From contig JAZRHM010000033.1 of assembly GCA_045644765.1 (NCBI GenBank), positions 4,790-68,789 on the forward strand: a DNA stretch of 64,000 bases. Reading direction: 5' to 3'. A program made the translations under genes and the position numbers. This document shows positions 22,072-30,366 of this stretch, piece after piece. The DNA is from Alphaproteobacteria bacterium (GTDB taxonomy: Bacteria; Pseudomonadota; Alphaproteobacteria; RF32; CAG-239). Every line of letters starts with the position of its first letter. Positions within the stretch are counted from its first letter, which is position 1. The notes beneath the pieces are model-generated. The model saw only the letters and a list, made by a program, of their open reading frames with translations, searched no databases and was not told where the DNA came from.

Positions 22072-22662
22072 TTATGAAATTGTTTTAAGATAATCGGTAA
22101 ATTTTTTCAATGCTCTACCACGATGAGAAATTCTGTTTTTAATTTCAGATCCTAATTCTGCAAACGTCTTATCATATCCTAAAGGCACAAAAATAGGATC
22201 AAAACCAAATCCGGAATCCCCTTTTCTATCGTAAGAAATTACGCCATCTACCCTTCCTTCAAAACTCTTGTATGTTCCGTCAGGGTATCCTAAAGCCATA
22301 ACGCAAGCAAAATATGCGGATCTGTCTTCGGCTTTTGAATCGGCAATTTCCTGTAAAAGCATCTCTATAGCTTTATCAAAATCACGATTTGGCGCATATC
22401 TGGCAGAATACACCCCCGGTCTTCCTCCCAAGGCTTTCACACATAACCCCGAATCGTCAGCGATACAAGTAACTCCTGTTAATTTTGCTATAGCAACAGC
22501 TTTTAAAGCAGCGTTTTCTTCAAAAGTTTCTCCCGTTTCCTCAACATCCGGCATTTCTATATCTTCTGACGTCTTAACTGTTATTCCGAATGGTTCTAAT
22601 ATTTGTTTTAATTCGGCAATTTTACCTTTATTATGGCTGGCGAAAATAAGTTCTTTCATCAT
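22072..22662 (-). CDS. rdgB: Non-canonical purine NTP pyrophosphatase (HAM1 family)
   Basis: ASHNKGK, ADDSGL, PGVYSARY, GFGFDPIF, ISHRGRA. Confidence 0.95.
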   Translation of the reverse strand: MMKELIFASHNKGKIAELKQILEPFGITVKTSEDIEMPDVEETGETFEENAALKAVAIAKLTGVTCIADDSGLCVKALGGRPGVYSARYAPNRDFDKAIEMLLQEIADSKAEDRSAYFACVMALGYPDGTYKSFEGRVDGVISYDRKGDSGFGFDPIFVPLGYDKTFAELGSEIKNRISHRGRALKKFTDYLKTIS

Positions 22663-23372
22663 TTTATTCCTAAAGCTTGTTTTTGTTTTTCAATAAGTTC
22701 TTTTATACCATCTTTTGCAGTTTCAAATAGTTCAAAAAATTTATCTTGTTCAAACGGTTCTTCTTCTGCTGTACCCTGAATTTCCACAATGCGACCGCTT
22801 TCAGTAATCACAAAATTCGTATCGGCTCTGGCCGAACTGTCTTCATCATAATCTAAGTCCAACAGAACCTTATCACCATCAAGCCCACATGACACTGCCG
22901 CAACAAACTCTTTTATCGGATTTTTTTGTAATTTTCCTTCTTTTTTTAATTTTTCCAAAGCCATATAAAGAGCCACAAAACTTCCCGTTATGGATGCTGT
23001 TCTTGTTCCTCCGTCTGCCTGTAACACATCACAATCAATTAAAATCATATAATCTTTTAATGCGTACAAATCCGTAACAGATCTTAATGATCGCCCTATC
23101 AGACGTTGTATTTCATGGGTGCGACCGGAAACACCTTTTGTCTCACGAGAAACTCTTGTTTGAGTAGAACGAGGCAATAAAGAATATTCGGCGGTAACCC
23201 AACCTTTATCTGATCCTTTAAGCCATGCCGGCAATTTATCATCCACACTCGCCGTACATAAAACTTTAGTGTTTCCACAAGTGATTAAACATGACCCTTC
23301 AGCATACAAATTAACTCCTGTTTGAATTTGAACTTCACGTAAAGTTTTTTCTCCTCTGTTATTTTTACGCAT
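22659..23372 (-). CDS. rph: Ribonuclease PH
   Basis: GWVTAEYSLLPRST, EIQRLIGRSLR, DCDVLQADGGTRTASITG. Confidence 0.97.
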   Translation of the reverse strand: MRKNNRGEKTLREVQIQTGVNLYAEGSCLITCGNTKVLCTASVDDKLPAWLKGSDKGWVTAEYSLLPRSTQTRVSRETKGVSGRTHEIQRLIGRSLRSVTDLYALKDYMILIDCDVLQADGGTRTASITGSFVALYMALEKLKKEGKLQKNPIKEFVAAVSCGLDGDKVLLDLDYDEDSSARADTNFVITESGRIVEIQGTAEEEPFEQDKFFELFETAKDGIKELIEKQKQALGIK

Positions 23373-23916
23373 TTTTATGCCCCTTCACATAGAAATCATT
23401 AATTGCTTTTACCACTCTTGAAACAGTGTGTTCAACCCTCTCATCTTTTGTTTCAACCACAATATCAGCTTCGCTGTAATATGGATATTCTTCTTTGATA
23501 TAACTTTCTAAACGTTCTTTCAAAACCGAATCGGCATCCATCAAAAAGGGGCGATGTTTTCGACCTGTAGTACGATTATATAAGGTTTCCACATCTGCTT
23601 TAAGCCATATGGTTAAAGCATTTTCTTTTGCTAAATCTCTGGTAGTTTGTGCCACAAACGAACCGCCACCTGACGCTAACACGCAAGGAGTTCCTTTAAG
23701 TAAACGCTTCATAACTCTCATTTCTCCGGCTCGATACTCTTCCGGACCAAAACATTTTAAAACATCAATAAGAGAAAGGCCAGCTGCTTTTTCGATTTCT
23801 CTATCACCATCGACGAAAGGAAGTTTCAACTTTTGTGCCAATCTTTTACCGACACTTGTTTTACCACTGCCCATCAATCCGACCAGAAGAATTATTTTAT
23901 TTGTACAATTTATCAT
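23365..23916 (-). CDS. aroK: Shikimate kinase
   Basis: GLMGSGKTSVG, GGG, RPFL. Confidence 0.93.
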   Translation of the reverse strand: MINCTNKIILLVGLMGSGKTSVGKRLAQKLKLPFVDGDREIEKAAGLSLIDVLKCFGPEEYRAGEMRVMKRLLKGTPCVLASGGGSFVAQTTRDLAKENALTIWLKADVETLYNRTTGRKHRPFLMDADSVLKERLESYIKEEYPYYSEADIVVETKDERVEHTVSRVVKAINDFYVKGHKNA

Positions 23917-24001
23917 TTCTTAATACTTCTTTCAATTTATTATGCTAGATAATACAAACATTATATTTATTAAGCAACATTTTTTATGAGGTTAATTTAC
24001 T

Positions 24002-24142
24002 ATGTAGCAAAAAAAATACAACTGGATTTTTTACATTTTGATTTTAGTTATTGTCGGTGGCATATTTTATGTTGCTACCAAAGACATTACCCCAATTTCT
24101 CATCAAGTTGAAAACAGTTTAAAAATCAATTTTAATAAATAA
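24002..24142 (+). pseudogene. Small single-TM protein upstream of xerD with in-frame TAG at codon 2
   Basis: SD GAGGT, then ATG TAG CAA AAA AAA TAC...; reads M*QKKYNWIFYILILVIVGGIFYVATKDITPISHQVENSLKINFNK; ends 3 nt before xerD. Confidence 0.5.
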
Positions 24143-24145
24143 AAA

Positions 24146-25060
24146 ATGAGCATCGAGGCTATAAATCTGTTTTTAGATATGATAACGGCCGAAAAAGGAT
24201 CCAGCCACAATACGGCAGTTTCCTATCAGTATGATTTAATTCAATTTTTCGATATAACAAAAACAAACGCACGCAATATCACCAGAAAGCATATATCAGA
24301 TTATGTTCAAGAATTAGCAAACTTACATTATGCACCAAAATCTCAAGCAAGAAAGCTTTCTGCCGTAAGAGAATTTTGTAAATTTTTACTACAAGAAAAA
24401 ATTTTGACAGATAATCCTTGCCTGAATATTATAACTCCAAAGCTGGAAAAAAAAATACCTAATTTCTTAAGTCCGTCACAAATAAAAATATTAATTGAAA
24501 CTGCTAAAAAACAACCTAATTTTTCCATAAAAAGAATCGGCGTAATGATAAACCTCATGTTTGCTACGGGGCTTAGAGTATCAGAGCTTATCCAATTATC
24601 GGAAAATTCCATAAATTATGATAAAAAAATAGTAACAGTAATCGGTAAAGGAAATAAAGAAAGAATCATTCCCATAGCAGAACATGCCAGAAATGACGTT
24701 AGAGATTACGCAAATACATATCGCCAATTATTTATAAAAAAAAGAAAAGTTTCTGCTTGGCTTTTTCCTTCCTTAAGATCTGCAAGCGGTCATATTACTC
24801 GAGATACTTTTTTCAAATATTTAAAGACACTGGCTATTAATGCCGAATTAAATCCGGATATTATATCTCCTCACACATTAAGACATTCTTTTGCTACAAA
24901 TCTTATTAATAACGACTCTGATTTGCGCAGTGTACAAAAAATGTTGGGCCATGAAAATATTGCGACCACCGAAATTTATACACACATATTAAAAGAAAAA
25001 CTTGCAGACACCGTAATGAAAAAACATCCCTTGGCATCAGTAAATTTTAAATCTGATTGA
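24146..25060 (+). CDS. xerD: Site-specific tyrosine recombinase XerD
   Basis: TGLRVSEL, GKGNKER, HTLRHSFAT, LGHENIATTEIY; divergent from aroK as in Alphaproteobacteria. Confidence 0.88.
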   Translation: MSIEAINLFLDMITAEKGSSHNTAVSYQYDLIQFFDITKTNARNITRKHISDYVQELANLHYAPKSQARKLSAVREFCKFLLQEKILTDNPCLNIITPKLEKKIPNFLSPSQIKILIETAKKQPNFSIKRIGVMINLMFATGLRVSELIQLSENSINYDKKIVTVIGKGNKERIIPIAEHARNDVRDYANTYRQLFIKKRKVSAWLFPSLRSASGHITRDTFFKYLKTLAINAELNPDIISPHTLRHSFATNLINNDSDLRSVQKMLGHENIATTEIYTHILKEKLADTVMKKHPLASVNFKSD

Positions 25061-25092
25061 TTTTTTAACTTCAATAATCTACACTATTTTAC

Positions 25093-25614
25093 ATGAAAAA
25101 AGAAAAAAACATAATAAATGAAGAACACAAAAGCACCGGTTTAACACCTTTTGCTGTTGACCTGACTGACTTTGCCTCAAAACTTTTAGGCAAGCAAGGT
25201 TTGGTTGAAATGAAAATTTTAACTGCATGGAATAATATAGTCGGAGATGATTTAGCAAAATATTCTATACCGGAAAAAATCTCTTTTGTTAAAGATAACA
25301 GGGATAACGGAATTTTACATCTAGTTGTTGCAAATGGAGCTTATGCACTTCAAATAGGACATAAAAACACAATAATATTAGAAAAAATAAATACTTTTTT
25401 TGGTTATAAGGCCGTTTCACAAATAAAAATATCACAAAATGAAGCCCCTTTTTATCACCATGAAGAAACTATTTTTGAAGATAAGACCAATAAAAAACTT
25501 GTATCTGACCAAGAACAAAACTATATTGTTGAAATAACCAAAGATGTTAAAAATTCCGAACTAAAAAAGCGTTTACAAAGTTTGGGTGAAAATATTTTCA
25601 AACAAAATAAATAG
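25093..25614 (+). CDS. DUF721/DciA-family protein
   Basis: WNNIVG, ILEKINTFFGYKAVSQIKISQ; precedes DsbA-family gene. Confidence 0.85.
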   Translation: MKKEKNIINEEHKSTGLTPFAVDLTDFASKLLGKQGLVEMKILTAWNNIVGDDLAKYSIPEKISFVKDNRDNGILHLVVANGAYALQIGHKNTIILEKINTFFGYKAVSQIKISQNEAPFYHHEETIFEDKTNKKLVSDQEQNYIVEITKDVKNSELKKRLQSLGENIFKQNK

Positions 25615-25624
25615 GAGAAAATTT

Positions 25625-26344
25625 GTGGAAAAATTTATACGAACAATCAGCACTGTCATTACATTTGTTTTATTTTATGTAATTGCATCTTATGTATATC
25701 TTTCAAGCAAAGGTTTTGTGTACAAAAACGGCACTTTTTCTTTGGTAAAAGAAGTTAAAGCCGCTTCCAGAAGTAACGAATTTGCTTATCAGATAGATAG
25801 TAATATTGCTATAAACTTTAAGGATGATAAAGCTATGGGAGATACAAAAGCTCCTCTTACATTATATGAATTTTCTTCTTTGGGATGCTCTCATTGTGCA
25901 GATTTTCACCTTAACATACTTCCGAAATTAAAAGATGATTTCATATCTAATGGTAAGCTGAGGGTAGTTTTTGTAAACTTTCCTTTAGATCAAAAATCTA
26001 TGAAAGGAGCTATGTTGTCAGAATGCTTATCATCTGAAAAAAGAGAACAATTTTTAAATACAGTATTCTTAAAACAAAGAGAATGGATGTTATCTTTCAA
26101 ACCTGAAGATATTTTTGCAAAATATGCCACAGATGATACCTTCACAAAAGAAGATGCGTCAAAATGTATGTCTGATGATTTATTAGCACAAAATATTATT
26201 GCTGATAGACAAGAAGCAATTGATAAACTCAAAGTACAAGGTACACCGGCTTTCTTATTTAGTTCAGGTGGCGTAAATGAAATCATTTATGGGGTACCTA
26301 ATTATGAACTATTAAAAACCTACATTGAAAACAGATTGTTATAA
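25625..26344 (+). CDS. DsbA-family thiol-disulfide oxidoreductase
   Basis: N-terminal TM, MGDTKAPLTLYEFSSLGCSHCADFH, cis-Pro GTP; GTG start after SD AGGAG. Confidence 0.9.
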   Translation: MEKFIRTISTVITFVLFYVIASYVYLSSKGFVYKNGTFSLVKEVKAASRSNEFAYQIDSNIAINFKDDKAMGDTKAPLTLYEFSSLGCSHCADFHLNILPKLKDDFISNGKLRVVFVNFPLDQKSMKGAMLSECLSSEKREQFLNTVFLKQREWMLSFKPEDIFAKYATDDTFTKEDASKCMSDDLLAQNIIADRQEAIDKLKVQGTPAFLFSSGGVNEIIYGVPNYELLKTYIENRLL

Positions 26345-26357
26345 TTATACAAAAGAT

Positions 26358-26663
26358 ATGATTAAAAAACCGGATGACATAAAAAATCTTGATAAAAAAA
26401 TAGCTGCCTTCAAAAAAGCAGAGCAAATAAAACTATCAGAGCCTAAAAATGATCCCGAATACTCTTCAGCAGCAGCCGGTTTCCAAATAAGTACCGAGTT
26501 ATTAGCCGGTGTCATAATTGGAGCGGCCATAGGATATGTTTTTGATAAATTGTTTAATACTACACCTTGGTTATTAGCTCTTTTTACAATTTTTGGTGGA
26601 GCGGCCGGTTTATTAAACATTTATAAAACATTTAAAGCTGAAAATGGAAGCAATGAGGAGTAA
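26358..26663 (+). CDS. atpI: ATP synthase protein I (AtpZ/AtpI family)
   Basis: ELLAGVIIGAAIGYVFDKLFNTTPW...GGAAGLLNI; first gene of F0 operon. Confidence 0.9.
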   Translation: MIKKPDDIKNLDKKIAAFKKAEQIKLSEPKNDPEYSSAAAGFQISTELLAGVIIGAAIGYVFDKLFNTTPWLLALFTIFGGAAGLLNIYKTFKAENGSNEE

Positions 26664-26668
26664 AGTTT

Positions 26669-27391
26669 ATGGCAAGTCCTTTAGAGCAATTTACTGTCAA
26701 ACCGCTAATTCCGATTACAATCGGCAATTATGATATATCTTTTACAAATTCAGCATTGTTCATGGTAATAACCATACTGAGCATCGTTATATTATTTGCT
26801 TTCTGCCTAAGAAAAAGAAGTATTATTCCCACTATATCACAGTCAATACCGGAAACCACATACGATTTTATCCACAATTTGCTAAAAAACAGCGCAGGAA
26901 AAGATGGTTTAAAATATTTTTCGTTTATTTTCAGTATATTCTTGTTTATTGCTTTCGGTAATTTTTTAGGTCTTTTCCCTTACAGTTTTACATTTACTTC
27001 ACATTTAGCTGCTGTAGGGTGCTTATCGATATTGGCCCTTATATTTAACATTATTGTCGGAATAAAAGTAAAAAAATGGGGATATTTAAGAACTTTTTTA
27101 CCCAAAGGGATTCCCGTAGCATTAGCTCCGCTTGTTATCCCTATTGAGGCGATTTCATTATTGTCGAAACCGTTTAGTTTAACCGTACGCTTAGTTGCCA
27201 ACATGACAGTTGGGCATATAATGTTAAAAATTTTAGCAGGTTTTATTGTTGCATTAGGACTTGGTGGTATTGTTCCGCTCTTGTTTGATGCTTGTATTAT
27301 TATTTTTGAAATGTTTATTGCAGTTTTGCAAGCATACATATATACTGTATTAAGCTGTATATATTTAAGTGATGCCATTCATCATCACTGA
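26669..27391 (+). CDS. atpB: F0 ATP synthase subunit a
   Basis: SPLEQF, SFTNSALFM, SLTVRLVANMTVGH (essential Arg), LQAYIY. Confidence 0.96.
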   Translation: MASPLEQFTVKPLIPITIGNYDISFTNSALFMVITILSIVILFAFCLRKRSIIPTISQSIPETTYDFIHNLLKNSAGKDGLKYFSFIFSIFLFIAFGNFLGLFPYSFTFTSHLAAVGCLSILALIFNIIVGIKVKKWGYLRTFLPKGIPVALAPLVIPIEAISLLSKPFSLTVRLVANMTVGHIMLKILAGFIVALGLGGIVPLLFDACIIIFEMFIAVLQAYIYTVLSCIYLSDAIHHH

Positions 27392-27423
27392 TAACTTAAA
27401 TTTTGATAAAGAAAGGAAATATT

Positions 27424-27645
27424 ATGGAACCGATAGCTTATATCTCTGCTGCAATTTGTGCTGTATCTATGACTGTTGCTGCCTGGGGCGTTACCAAACT
27501 TTGGACAACAATGATTGAAACGGTTGGTCGCAATCCGCAAGTAAAAAAAGAAGTTGATATTTATGGTTGGGCAGGTTTTGCCGCAATTGAAGCTATTGCA
27601 TTGTATGCATTAGTTGTTGCTTTGGTGATTTTGACCGGCAAATAA
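27424..27645 (+). CDS. atpE: F0 ATP synthase subunit c (highly divergent)
   Basis: 73 aa two-TM hairpin, RNP loop, conserved Glu in FAAIEAIALY; position after atpB. Confidence 0.9.
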   Translation: MEPIAYISAAICAVSMTVAAWGVTKLWTTMIETVGRNPQVKKEVDIYGWAGFAAIEAIALYALVVALVILTGK

Positions 27646-27647
27646 AC

Positions 27648-28127
27648 ATGCCTCAACTTGAAACATCTACATATCTTTCACAAATATTCTGGCTTATAAC
27701 CACATTTTTAAGCCTGTGGTTTTTTATGGCATGGTTTATTATACCTAAAATTGAAGATGTTATGGAGCAGCGCCGACGTAAAATTGATGATTTTGTGCAA
27801 AAAGCCGAAAGATTCAACAAACAGGCGCTTATCTCTTTAAATAAATATGAAAAAGCTTTAGAAAAAGCGAAAGAAGAAGCTCAAAACACAATAGCAAACA
27901 ATAAAAAGGAATTAGAGGATTGTGTCTTAGCAAGACGAACTCAAGTTGAGGAATTATTAAATAAAAAAATTGCCGATACTGAAATTATGCTTGCAAAAGA
28001 AAAACAAGAAACTCTAATTGCTATAGATCAACTTTCCCTAACATTGGCAAATGACATTTTAGCGAAACTAGATGTTCAAAACATTAATTATGACGTCCTC
28101 AATAAATTCACCGGAGATAATAAATAA
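27648..28127 (+). CDS. atpF2: F0 ATP synthase subunit b'
   Basis: MPQLE...SQIFWL N-terminus, TM followed by coiled coil. Confidence 0.9.
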   Translation: MPQLETSTYLSQIFWLITTFLSLWFFMAWFIIPKIEDVMEQRRRKIDDFVQKAERFNKQALISLNKYEKALEKAKEEAQNTIANNKKELEDCVLARRTQVEELLNKKIADTEIMLAKEKQETLIAIDQLSLTLANDILAKLDVQNINYDVLNKFTGDNK

Positions 28128-28759
28128 TGGATATAGAAACACAAGAACATTTATCTTCTTCCGAATTTATTGACAATGCTCAAAATGCTGTCATAGAGGC
28201 TGTGGACAATGTTTCAGAAATGATATCAGAAACAACCACTTTATCCGAATTTCAAGACACTCATCATAGCAAAATTTTTTATCAAAGCCCTGAATTTTGG
28301 GTTGGAATGGCTTTTGTTTTAGTTGTTGTTTTTTTAGCCAAACCTATAAGTAAAATAGCAAAAAATTTTTTTACTAAAAGGCGTGATGATATCATTAATC
28401 GCATTAACGAAGCTGAAAAACTGAGAGATGAAGCACAAGCACTATTATCCCAATATGAACGTAAATTTTTACATGCAAAAGATGAAGCTAAAAGCATTTT
28501 AGATAAAGCAACCGCTGAAATTGAAAACATAACAGAATATGAATTAAATAAAATAGAAAAAGAATTAGATAATAAACAAAAAGAAGTTGATAGAAACATT
28601 GAAGCATCAATAGAGAATATTAAAACAGAATTAAGCACACTTGCTGTCTCAAAAGCGCTCTGTATGGTAAATAAATATATACAAAACAATTTTGATAAAA
28701 AACAGCATGAAACACTTATTGATAAATCAATAAAAAATATTCTAAACACTTTAAAATAA
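28127..28759 (+). CDS. atpF: F0 ATP synthase subunit b with N-terminal extension
   Basis: PEFWVGMAFVLVV TM, RINEAEKLRDEAQ coiled coil, LIDKSI. Confidence 0.88.
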   Translation: MDIETQEHLSSSEFIDNAQNAVIEAVDNVSEMISETTTLSEFQDTHHSKIFYQSPEFWVGMAFVLVVVFLAKPISKIAKNFFTKRRDDIINRINEAEKLRDEAQALLSQYERKFLHAKDEAKSILDKATAEIENITEYELNKIEKELDNKQKEVDRNIEASIENIKTELSTLAVSKALCMVNKYIQNNFDKKQHETLIDKSIKNILNTLK

Positions 28760-28774
28760 GAATCATTTACATGA

Positions 28775-29500
28775 TTATATTTTGTAAACTCTTGCCACAG
28801 TTAAAAAATCGACTGATTTTGCACCGGCTTTAATTAAAACCTTAGCACACTCTTTTAGAGTAGAACCGGTTGTTTGAACATCATCAATTAAAACAACTCT
28901 TTTATCCTTTATATTTTCAGGATATTTTACCATAAAAGCATCTTTAATATTCTTGATTCGGGCTTTTCCCGAATAGCTTACTTGGGGCTTAGTTGATTTA
29001 TGTTTAACCAAAGATTTAAAATCTGTTTCTATTAACACTAATTTACTGAGTTCTGTTGCCAATAAAGCTGATTGATTATATCTTCTTTTTACAAGCCTTT
29101 TATAATGTAACGGAACCGGTATCAAAACATCAGCACCTGCTGAAAATATATCACTACCGGCCATTTTCAACCACTTAGCGAAAACTTTGGCATTTTCAGT
29201 TTTATCCATGAATTTAAATGCTAAAATCATATTTTTTGATAAAGTTTCATATTTAATTGCCGAGCGAGAATATCTGAAAAGCTTTTTAGTATCGTTCACG
29301 CACATCGGGCAGAGCAAGTTTTTATTGACACCCATACAGTCAGGTAACGGTAAGCCACAACACTTACAATGAGGATCTGAAATAAATGTTACTTCATTAA
29401 AACAATCGGCACATAAACCATCTTCATCAGCCAAAATTTTTCCACAATTTATACATCGGGGAGGAAGAAAAAAATTTATAATATCTTTTAGTATACTCAT
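28775..29500 (-). CDS. comF: ComF-family protein (double Zn ribbon + PRTase)
   Basis: PPRCINC...CADC...CKCC...CPMC; PVPLH, RRYNQS, LIDDVQTTGST. Confidence 0.92.
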   Translation of the reverse strand: MSILKDIINFFLPPRCINCGKILADEDGLCADCFNEVTFISDPHCKCCGLPLPDCMGVNKNLLCPMCVNDTKKLFRYSRSAIKYETLSKNMILAFKFMDKTENAKVFAKWLKMAGSDIFSAGADVLIPVPLHYKRLVKRRYNQSALLATELSKLVLIETDFKSLVKHKSTKPQVSYSGKARIKNIKDAFMVKYPENIKDKRVVLIDDVQTTGSTLKECAKVLIKAGAKSVDFLTVARVYKI

Positions 29501-30366
29501 TTCAAACTTTGCAAAACATTATGTATTTGATTAATATTATCAACCACTTCTATTCCGGCCTTTTTCACAATTTCTTTTTTATCATTTGCTGTCAGTTTTC
29601 CTCCGGTAATAATATCTCCGGCATATCCCATCTTATCTCTCATTAAATGAGTTGAACCGGCAATATATCCTATAATAGGTTTTTTATTTTTCAGACTTGC
29701 ATAGTATTTTGCAGCCTCTTCTTCATACATACTCCCTTGCTGTCCTATCATCAGTATAGCTTGTGTATTATCATCTTCATGAAAAAGGCGTATTATTTCT
29801 ACAAAATCTGTCCCAACAATCATATCATCACCAAGACCGACAACAGTCGATTGCCCTTTACCTGCTCGTATTGTTTCTAAAACAGCCTCATATGTCAAAG
29901 TCGATGAACGGGATACTATTCCAATATTACCCTTCTTATGTATATTTTCCGGAAAAATACCTAAGCGAACTTCTTCAGGAGTAATTATACCAGGTGTATT
30001 CGGACCTATAAGCAATGTTTTTGAGCCTTTTAACATTGCTTTAATTTCTATCATATCTTTAATTGGAACGCCGGAAGCAATTGTGACAACAGTTTCCAAC
30101 TCAGCTTCTATAGCTTCTCTTACAGCATCTTTCACAAAAGGTGCCGGCACAAACATTACAGAAGATGTTGCACCTTTTACTTCTACTGCTTCTTTTACCG
30201 TATTAAACACATCTACACCTAAATGCTTCAGTCCTCCACGGTTCGGAGAAACTCCCCCAACGATATTAGTGCCATATGCTAACATTTTTTGTGTGTGAAA
30301 AGAAGCTTGAGTTCCTGTTATGCCTTGCACTAAAACTTTTGTGTTTTTATCCGCCAATATAGACAT
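29497..30366 (-). CDS. sucD: Succinyl-CoA ligase alpha subunit homologue, catalytic His replaced by Tyr
   Basis: MSILADKNTKVLVQGITG, YGTNIVGGV, IGPNTPGI, TLTYEAV; but KMGYAGD instead of RMGHAGA. Confidence 0.9.
   Translation of the reverse strand: MSILADKNTKVLVQGITGTQASFHTQKMLAYGTNIVGGVSPNRGGLKHLGVDVFNTVKEAVEVKGATSSVMFVPAPFVKDAVREAIEAELETVVTIASGVPIKDMIEIKAMLKGSKTLLIGPNTPGIITPEEVRLGIFPENIHKKGNIGIVSRSSTLTYEAVLETIRAGKGQSTVVGLGDDMIVGTDFVEIIRLFHEDDNTQAILMIGQQGSMYEEEAAKYYASLKNKKPIIGYIAGSTHLMRDKMGYAGDIITGGKLTANDKKEIVKKAGIEVVDNINQIHNVLQSLK

Noticed and set aside
24002-24007. Genome-wide TAG recoding suggested by the ATG-TAG start
   Set aside because: TAG ends several conserved genes at their expected length (atpD, sufT, comEC, cca, aas), so the code looks standard.
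24146-25060. Tyrosine recombinase as a phage/ICE integrase
   Set aside because: Size, motifs and aroK linkage fit chromosomal XerD; no att repeats, tRNA or cargo genes nearby.
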